Assembly: GCF_006345805.1 (NCBI RefSeq)
Contig: NC_043009.1
Location: 34,968,001-35,032,000 of the forward strand
Reading direction: 5' to 3'
Origin: Octopus sinensis
Lineage: Eukaryota
DNA length: 64,000 bases
In this document: piece after piece, positions 54,620-64,000 of the stretch
Layout of the letters: each line of letters begins with the position of its first letter
How positions within the stretch are numbered: the first letter of the stretch is position 1
Translations under genes and position numbers: made by a program
Notes under the pieces: generated by a model
Told to the model about the DNA's origin: nothing
Database searches by the model: none
What the model saw: only the letters and a program-made list of their open reading frames with translations

Positions 54620-55324
54620 TATATATAATTTTGAGTACTCGAGTCATTATATTTTGCTGCGGTACTGTATTCACCCCGGCATAATTTCTGACATTAACCA
54701 CATGGTTATGATGGGGATTAGATATAATGTATACGCGGAAAATGCATCTCTATATTGGTGTCTGTATGCAGAAATTTATTGGTATGCATATGTATTTCTC
54801 TCTCATATATAGGTGGGTGTCTCTCTACGGAATAGAGTGGAGTAATTTTTATTACAGAACACGAAATTTTAAGCTATAGGGTAATCCAAAATGTTTGTAA
54901 GTCTTTTTACCCATTACCTCTCATTTGACCTTTTGTTGTAATAAAATAGAGGACAAATTTAGAGTGGCTTGTAGGCATTTGACTCTACTTCTAGCGTATG
55001 GGTGTTGGCACTCCAGCACCTTTAATTATAATCATATTTTTTATAATTACATAGTTAAAAAGGTATGTGCACACACACAGACACACAGACACAGACACAT
55101 ACACACACAAACACAACTATACGACGGGTTTCCACAAATTCCGTCTAACTTCACGCATAACATATTGGTCGGTCCCGGGCTATAGTAGAAGACATTTTCT
55201 TTCAGTACAGCGCATGGGGACTGAACCGGCAACCACGCGGTTGCAAACCAAGTTTTTACACACTTACACACACATACATACAGATATGCATATGTCTGTA
55301 TACATTTACATATATCTCTCTTTT

Positions 55325-55355
<31 letters not shown>

Positions 55356-55429
55356 GCATGCATATACATTGTTGTATGTATGTTATTATTCAGTTATTTC
55401 AAAATTTCTTTCTTGCCAATAGAGAAAGA

Positions 55430-56370
55430 ACCGGTTTGTAACCTAGATCCAAGGCTCCTTCATTGGAATTTCAACATCAACAACATGGTATTTCTCCATT
55501 CTGGTTTTGAGAAGCCTAATTCCTCAAGATTGGCATTTAGGCAGTGTATTACATATCCCGGGGCCTCAATAATTACAGGTATAAACCTGAATAGAGTAAC
55601 TGCAGATTTCTCAATTCTCAGCATAGGTGTTCTCTTTTTCATTGATCTTCAGCTTTATGTTAATAACCGCTGGGTAACTAATTTCCACAGTTGTACACAG
55701 TTTCTCTTCTCTATCGCAGGTCTGTTGCGCTTAAATTTTATTAGTCTTCACTGGTATATTCCACCAGTATTCCTTTTTATTATGAGTGGCTATGGCTTCT
55801 ACCATATTGTAGGTTCTTTTTTCTTTGTCCTAAGGATTATCCTAGCTACAACGTCGTGTCTCATCAGTAGAAAATACCGTGATGACATTTTCGGACAACT
55901 GCTTATGATGTGGGAGATATCTTCAGTGTGAACTCCACAAAGTCTGCACCGGTTGTCACATTTTATGACTTAATCTGCATCTCTATCCCTTTTGTGATCA
56001 TTCACGTTTTCAGTTTTCTCAATAAAGGTACAGTTACTAACCTTCTACAAATGTTGCTTGTCGGTGTAGTTGCTTCGTAGTAAAATGATTAAATTCTGGA
56101 TGCAGATCGTCCCAATATGATTTCAATCATTTCATGTAGCAAACAATGGGGTTTTGTTTCGCTTTTTCGGAGCAGTTAAATAGATCGTTATTCAATTCAT
56201 CACTCCAAGAGAAATGAGTTTCCTAATTACGGTTTCTTCTATAACTACAGCTAGAAAGAAATTGTTTACCCGCTGAGCTGTTGCTTTTGTTCTGTTCCTC
56301 GATTTTGTTATTGATGATGTTGTGTCCAGCCATGTTGCTTGTAGTAACTTTCTGCAAGTTTAATTCCAGT
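55430..56370 (-). mobile_element. Decayed R4/Dong-like RLE non-LTR retrotransposon
   Basis: Minus strand CRLCGVHTEDISHIISSC (CCHC), then RHD, RNRP and FIPVIIEAPGYV. Confidence 0.75.
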
Positions 56371-57401
56371 TTCAGTCGAAAATCACTACGATCGTGAATA
56401 AATGGCTCCCTCAGTTAATTTACCTGAAGATTATCCAGTTATTTAACAAGGCTGATAGTTGTGGCTCCAAAGTTGGAGATTCATTCATATTCTACCAATT
56501 CAGGGATGATACATCTTGTCGCAAACGAATTAGCAAAGAGACTCTCTTTATTACAAAATACAAAACCCTTTTGAACGCGTCTACAACAAATGACATATCC
56601 ACTACGACCTTAGAATAACACAAACACACACGCAAATATAAAAATATGATACACTCAAGAGATTCCCAAGAATTCTTTAAAAAACAATCCCAATCACTGC
56701 TATAATCCATAACGAGCCACTACGACCGTTTAACACCTTACTACTATCATACCACCTACATTCCTTCTTATTCTCCTTTCTTTTCCTCTTCTTTTTCTTT
56801 TTCCTCTTCTTCCACTTTGCCACCTCCTTCATAACTTTACCAATATTGCTGTTTAGAATACCACCTATACACATTTTATACACAATGCATTCAAAAGAGA
56901 TGTCTCATGAATTCAATCACTACTACCATCCACAACGAGTCACATTCAGGGCATTTGAGTATTTAATATACTGCTATCATGGCATTCCCACATTCTTCTT
57001 CTTCTTCTTCTTCTTCTTCTTCTTCTCCTTCTTCTTCTTCTTCTTAGTTCTTCCCTACCAAAAATTCTCAACTACCTCGAACCCACAAGAGTAAACAAGA
57101 GAAATAGAAATAGGCAGAAACAAGGAAAATTTGTATTTGAACACTATGCAAATATTCTTTTTAAAAAATTTTTCCTTTTAATTTTTCCAAAATTTAATTG
57201 TTTTCCATACTTACAGTTGAAAAAGTTTCAGTAACTGAAACCGGTACTGAAATATTTTTTATAAAAATATTTTAGTATTTTCTACCTTGACATTTTTCCA
57301 TATATATCAACTCGTGTGTTCCTTTTTAACTTTCTACATATACATATACATACATACATACTTACATACATACGTACATACATAAATACATACATAAATA
57401 C

Positions 57402-57486
<85 letters not shown>

Positions 57487-57621
57487 AGTGTGTATGTATG
57501 TATGCTTGTACAGATCCACGAATGTACGTATGAACATACATTTGTATATACTCATATTTATGCATATACACAACTACGCATGCACATGTGATTGTAACTT
57601 TTTTATCTCATTACGAAAGAA

Positions 57622-57662
<41 letters not shown>

Positions 57663-59256
57663 TACATCTGTATATGTACATGCAGGCACCTAGATGTCTG
57701 CGCTTCTACATCTGCTTTTTTGGTATTATTTGAATACAGAAAAGAAAAACAGATGTGAACGTTGAATTCTGAAGTGTGTTATTGTGTATAAAGAATCTAA
57801 CATTCTTTACGTAATGCTTCCTTTATCATTTGTAGACGTTTATAATTAATTCTTAGTTTAGGAATACACGACCTAAGTAAATTGTCAACATTGCATGAGA
57901 AACACGCATCTTTCCTTCTCTTATCTATTTGCGTTCTTTTATTTCCAATTCAATTTGATTTCTTTATTTCCTTTGTTACAAACTTGTATTTTTTATTGCA
58001 AAACCATTTTTCAAGGTATTCATTGAAAATCAGTTTTGAACGACTCAGTGTTTCAATCATCTTGCGGAGGATTGCAAGTTTAGTAATTAATGTATAAACG
58101 TGAGATAGTAGAGTTTTATGAATAAAACGAAATAAAAATTTCAAAAACTTTGTCAGTCTTTTACTGTCTAAGTAAATATACAATAGATTTTAGTTTAATA
58201 TTGTTGAAGCTGTGATGGTGGTGGGAAGCAGTAAAAATGACACAAGGGATATATGAACGATTGCTATACGCTGTTTAGTCCGTTCCGTCTATGTTCAGAG
58301 TTCTTATTCTACCAAAGTTGATAAAATGTATCTTTAAATTTCATTGATCACTAAAATACCTCAGCTACTTTTTCTGTCGTCTCTGTTTATCTCTGAATGA
58401 GTGTGTAATAAATGTACAGCACTGGCAACCACCTTATTTGCATAACTATAGAAATAGTATAATTCACCCTGTTTTCTGACGAACGGAAGACTTGGCTGGT
58501 TTTTCTAGCGTTCGAGTGACAAAGTACAAGCCTTCTTGTTTGTTTCTTAAACAATTTTTTTAATTTCATACCATGAAAATAATATGCATTAAAAATTCTA
58601 TTGGCTCTTATTCTCTTTAATATAAAAATAAAATGAATACACATAGTTTGAAACTATAAAAAGACATAAGATAACTTCACATGTCGTACGTTCTAACATA
58701 CAGCTAATTTCTTTAACTTCGTCTCATATTCTCTCAGTGATGTCTAGATCTTTTAGATCTTACTGTAAAGCTATCGTGTAACGTTGGTTGTAATTTTCAA
58801 AATATTAAAGCAAAACTGTGGATTTTAGAATACACTGACACCCAAAAGCAAAGCAGCAATTAAATACTGTAATTCCTTTTTAATAGAAGGCCAATATTTA
58901 CTGAAATTATCTTAGTCTTATACATACTAAATTCATACAGAATACCTGTAATATTTTAAGTCATGTATATATATAGGACGTCTATAGGTAATTGATGAAT
59001 TGTTATGATGATGATTCTGGTTCAGTCTGGTTCAGTCTAGACACTAAAGAAGGATGGTATCACCGATGGCTTGTATAGTCGAAGTATCATTCGGGATAAT
59101 TCTATATACATGTAATCCACAATTACACGACACATTTTCTCCATATATTTCTCAATATATTTCTTCCATAGAAATTACTACTGTATTAAATACTGCGTAT
59201 TTGTTGAGTAATATAAAGTTTTAGGCCAATGAAATGGATGTGCTAATCCTCATCTT

Positions 59257-59640
59257 GGAGGCGCAATGGCCCAGTGGTTAGGGCAGCGGACTCGCGGTCA
59301 TAGGAGCGCGGTTTCGATTCCCAGACCGGGCGTTGTGAGTGTTTATTGAGCGAAAACACCTAAAGCTCCACGAGGCTCCGGCAGGGATGGTGGTGATCCC
59401 TGCTGTACTCTTTCACCACAACTTTCTCTCACTCTTACTTCCTGTTTCTATTGTACCTGTATTTCAAAGGGCCAGCCTTGTCACTCTCTGTGTCACGCTG
59501 AATATCCCCGAGAACTACGTTAAGGTAACACGTGTCTGTGGAGTGCTCAGCCACTTACACGTTAATTTCACGAGCAGGCTGTTCCGTTGATTCGGATCAA
59601 CCGGAACCCTCATCGTCGTAACCGACGGAGTGCTTCCAAA
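59257..59640 (+). mobile_element. tRNA-SINE family C with TSD
   Basis: TSD aatcctcatctt at 59245-59256 and 59641-59652. Confidence 0.92.
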
Positions 59641-60509
59641 AATCCTCATCTTGGAATTCCTATTGTGAATCATCGTTATATTTTTTCGAAAATAGTTTGC
59701 TTAGATCGTAGTTCTTGGCGATTGGTTAGATTTCTTGGATCTTAGTTCTTGGCCATTGCCGTCACGAAATATACGTGCCAAGTTTTACCGTTTCAAACAA
59801 CAACATGGGGAAGTTTTAAATAAACACCAATGTTAAACCTGTGGCAACAAAGAGGACGCAGTAGACACTAGATCTTCTAGTAATATTAACTGAACATCTC
59901 TAATAACATATTTTAACTGCAAACCCTAAAACATGCGAGATATTGCTTCTTTGGTAAAATCTATTATAAACCAAGACAAAATTGGGATGACCACAACTGG
60001 AACTTCATTTCAATAAATCCGGCAAATGAGCCTATGTTGAACCTGAGAAAAATTAGATGTTATAACGTTGAAAATGTAGGAACATGCCAATTCAAAACCG
60101 CAAACCATAAGATAACTTAAACGTACCCGAAATACAGAAAATGGAGTATAGCACAATTATCTTCGTACGATTGTTTCCAGCTTCCAAAGCAACATTTCAG
60201 GGCACCGTGTGATAACAAAGAGAAGCAACAAGTATACAATACCCAAAAGTACATCCCACAAAAACCGTCAACTGTGATATTGTCACTGAATCCATTTGGC
60301 TGCATCCATTATGACCTTCATCGAAGGTACACGAAAATATCAAACGGTTTTGTAAAAGATTTATATAATCAGACTGTGAACCTGCATACTACGTATTGAA
60401 CCATTATATAATAAAGTGAGCTGCATGATTGCATTTTTGTTGTTAGAGGCCGTATTTGTGTAACAATGGATGTTTGTAACTCACCAAGACTAGTCAGTAG
60501 AAACATATT

Positions 60510-60793
60510 TTGTTGTTGTTTGTTCCTTCTTGAGCCATGCCTGGCTCATAAGGGCCGGTTTCCCGGTCTCTTGGCGTATAGGTCCATCGCAGATGAGCTG
60601 CAAGATGCAGGAGGAAAGAGTGAGAGAAAGTTGTGGCGAAAGAGTCAGCAGAAGTTCGCCCCTATCTTCTGCCGGAGCCGCCTGGAGCTTAGGTGCTTTC
60701 GCTCATAAACACACACATCGCCCGGTCTGAGATTCGAACCCGCGATCCTTCGACCGCGTGTCCGCTGCTCTAACCACTAGGCCATGTGCCTCC
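60510..60793 (-). mobile_element. tRNA-SINE with a family C-like head and a different (CAA)n-ending tail
   Basis: Minus strand ggaggcacatggcctagtggttagagcagcgg...gagccaggcatggctcaagaaggaacaaacaacaacaa. Confidence 0.85.
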
Positions 60794-61735
60794 ACCTCAG
60801 TGGGAACATATGTCATAAATCGGCTCAAATACTTCTCAAAACTATACTAATCTGTACATAGTCGATAATAACTTTTATGAAAAAGTAACACTTATACTAG
60901 TTAAGTAAAATGAAGAAATTTCAAGAAGAGGAGTGTGAAGATAATTCAGTTTGTTTCGAAGCAGAATTGATGATCCTAGAGCAAAGCAAGGGCAGGGCAG
61001 ATTTGGATTAAGTAACTTTTATAAAAGAATGTAAAATCACAAATGATATACATTTCCTCCATAACGACAACGATTTAAAATAGAATTGAAATCAAAGTCG
61101 CTTATCTCTCAACCTAAAGCGATCGACATACAATGCCGTAAGAAAAACTGAAATGTAATAATAATTTAAAATGTTATCAAATTTCTCAAACACAATCTCT
61201 ATTGCATCCAGCTGTCTGTTATCGATTCAAAGTCGGATAAGTAAGGTGGAATAATCTCAAGATATTTTTCCTTGCGGCAATATCCTTTTCTGTTGAATAA
61301 TAGCTCTAAAATATCTAGCTATTTACATCAATATTACTTAGTTTAGATGGATCGTAAATTAACAACAATCGTTCATAGATTGAAACATTGTTTACACGTT
61401 AGAAGTTACCGTGCTGTCTCATCAAGATGAATCAACTCTCCTATGTTAAAAGACAACTCTAAAGGGGCCATTGATAAAATGATTGTCCAGTTTGAAAGAT
61501 AGCTTAGACGTATGGAATCAGATGAGAACAAACAATAAGCTTATCTATATTAAGTCATGAAGATTTGGTACTGGGGTTCAACGCATAAATAGAAATAGAT
61601 ATTACAAAAGAGGAAACTGTCTTCAGTCAAAACGAATTTATTCTTCTTCGCAAACAAATATGAAAATATTGTAAAGTTCCTATCATTAGAGGAAACACTA
61701 TTAGAAATGTTTTTGTGAAGAACTAAACAGTGATA

Positions 61736-62145
61736 GGCGCAGGAGTGGCTGTGTGGTAAGTAGCTTGCTAACCAACCACATGGTTCCGGGTTCAGTCCCA
61801 CTGCGTAGCATCTTGGGCAAGTGTCTTCTGCTATAGCCCCGGGCCGACCAATGCCTTGTGAGTGGATTTGGTAGACGGAAACTGAAAGAAGCCTGTCGTA
61901 TATATATATATAAGTGTGTGTGTATATGTTTGTGTGTCTGTGTTTGTCCCCCTAGCATTGCTTGACAACCGATGCTGGTGTGTTTACGTCCCCGTCACTT
62001 AGCGGTTCGGCAAAAGAGACCGATAGAATAAGTACTGGGCTTACAAAGAATAAGTCCCGGGGTCGATTTGCTCGACTAAAGGCGGTGCTCCAGCATGGCC
62101 GCAGTCAAATGACTGAAACAAGTAAAAGAGTAAAAGAGTAAAGAG
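61736..62145 (+). mobile_element. tRNA-SINE family A, full length
   Basis: Runs from ggcgcaggagtggctgtgtggtaag to gactgaaacaa, with a (gtaaaaga)n tail. Confidence 0.92.
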
Positions 62146-64000
62146 AGTGAAATCAACTGAACAAAATTTTGTCATAGCTTTGCCATGTTTTCTAAAACTA
62201 GAAGCACTTTTTGAAGAAGTCAGTTTCTACATTTCATATGGAAGAGTCTATCATGAGTAATTTTGATAAAATTTAAATTTTGAACCAGCATTACTCGAGA
62301 TTTCGTACCCTTACTACTGAAAAGCAACTCTAGAAACAGATGACGGGACTGGGACTAAATTTACATAAGATCACATCCTACAATCTTTAAAATTGAATCC
62401 CATAAGGGATAGTGTACTACTTGATTCATTGTCTGAAAATGTGGTGGGACGATCACGACAAGAATAAAATTGAACAGAATAATAGGCCTGTTTAGTTAAT
62501 GCTAAGACAACTGAAGTATGTGTAAACTAGTTTAAAACTTAAATTATAGAGAAGACAATAAAACTGAAGATATCTACCGATTCATCTTACCAATGCATCT
62601 GATTTGGAAACGTAAAACAATTAACTCTGTTATTTATATTACATTATATAAAATTGGATTTATAAACGATTTTTTTTTATATTGAAACTTTGATCATATT
62701 ATATTACTCTCTTTTATACAGATTTCAGCCATTTGGTTGTGACTAGGCGAAGACAAGAAAATGGAGTCTTGTGCTGCCGAATTTGTGTACGGAAGTGATG
62801 TAAGAAGAGAGGGACTGATTTAAATCTAGGACGAACACTTTGTTTGGAACTTACTACTTCCCCCTCAGGCTGTCTATTCTATATCATTCTCTTATCGTAT
62901 CAGTTTCCTTGACTAATTAAGAAATTGGATCAATAATCCGATTTATCTCATATGACCGACACTAATTACGTATTTTGTCGAGGGTTTTAAAATATTTGAA
63001 TTCTTGCCAATTTATCGAATCTTCCGTGGCAGCTGTTTACTGATTCATAAACTCACAGTGGACATCTGCAAGTAACGTTATATCATCGACCTTACCAACA
63101 AGAGACTCGGATACGATATGATGCATAAATCTATGACTATCTCAAGCGAAAAGAATTTAATCAGTGACTTATCCATGAATATTTTAGGAAATTAAATGTT
63201 AGAACAGTTAACTTGTTTGGAGGCATTCGGGACAGATGTCAGGATATTCTATAAGTAAAACGAATGATATCGTTGTAATGATAGTTACGTCTCTTGAGAG
63301 AAAATATTATAATTGGCTCATATTCGCATTTCAAATCGCTTTAAAATTTATTAACATTTCAGCAGTGAAGTGTAGGAAATAGCATTTGACTTCTTGCACT
63401 TGGCTTCCTAACTTACAGGGTCAATTAAATAATTCTTGGTCAAACACCGAGTTTGACAGAACAAATTATAAGGTTTCCACCAAATGTAGTTTCATACCAG
63501 GTGAAGAGGAATGGAAAAAATGATAGGCTGCCGGAAACTACAAAGTACAAAATTATATACGTCGTAGAATATAACTGCATCTCGTAAGTTCCTCATCTGG
63601 CAGGATGAAATCCACTCACTCCATTCTGATACAGAATTTGTTATGCTTGGCCTATAATCGAAACAATCTACTGTACACTTCCCAAATCAGAAGTATATCA
63701 CACTAGACTGTATGCCATTTAAAAAGCATTTTGAATTTAAATCGCGCCGGAACTATGAAAAAATAAATAATCAATAAAATGATTTATAAATAAATTCTGA
63801 GAACTGACTACAACTGTAATAGTTTCAGCCACACCATTTATTCTCTTGGGAAATCTATAATCACGAAAATATTTTATTTCTCTCCATTATGAATGTGAGG
63901 ATTTAATCTTTTTTTATTTTTTTTATTATTTTACTTGTTTCAGTTATTTGACTGCGGCCGCACTGGATTGCTGCAATCAACAAATTTAATACTTATTTTT

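Noticed and set aside
55326-55931. 201-aa plus-strand ORF
   Set aside because: Antisense shadow of the minus-strand R4-like relic, starting within a microsatellite.
59257-59340. tRNA-like heads (also 50573, 60793, 61736, 22484, 3992) as tRNA genes
   Set aside because: They continue into repeated SINE bodies, some with TSDs, and lack a complete cloverleaf acceptor stem.
60117-60305. Minus-strand ORF with a hydrophobic stretch (MYFWVLYTCCFSLLSHG) and a GTACGT donor-like site as the channel's first exon
   Set aside because: No homology to pLGIC N-termini and no linking exons found. It remains possible but is unsupported without RNA data.
62564-62614. CTGAAGA...GAAACGTA hammerhead core
   Set aside because: The flanks (AAAA/AAAC) cannot form stem I and stem II is poor.

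Overview
AT-rich, microsatellite- and transposon-dense eukaryotic genomic DNA. The SINE families and repeat make-up suggest a coleoid cephalopod, probably Octopus (inference from recognition, not from a search). The only host gene I can support is the 3' part of a minus-strand anion-selective Cys-loop ligand-gated ion channel (glycine-receptor/GluCl-like). I reconstructed four coding exons with GT-AG boundaries and matching phases: 40118-40036, 38075-37938, 25356-24983 and 15359-15177. The N-terminal exons were not found. The rest is mostly decayed elements: CR1/L2, R4/Dong-like, L1/Tx1 and Penelope retroelements, a Gypsy relic, mariner/maT, a Helitron, a MITE and several tRNA-derived SINE families. 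Almost all ORFs in the supplied track are microsatellite artefacts or TE shadows. The most interesting signal not covered by the ORF track is a set of hammerhead-ribozyme (HHR) motifs. Four have a complete core with closing helices (21170-21226 minus, 21325-21413, 24058-24100, 41971-42070). A repeat family carries a CUGUNGA-variant minimal HHR, and several decayed copies are also present. One HHR lies in the sense direction within the last intron of the channel gene. Other points of note: a Tx1-like LINE embedded in (TATC)n, a SINE that appears to share that LINE's 3' tail, and a near-perfect 103-bp inverted duplication abutting an HHR. TE boundaries are approximate unless TSDs or termini are cited.
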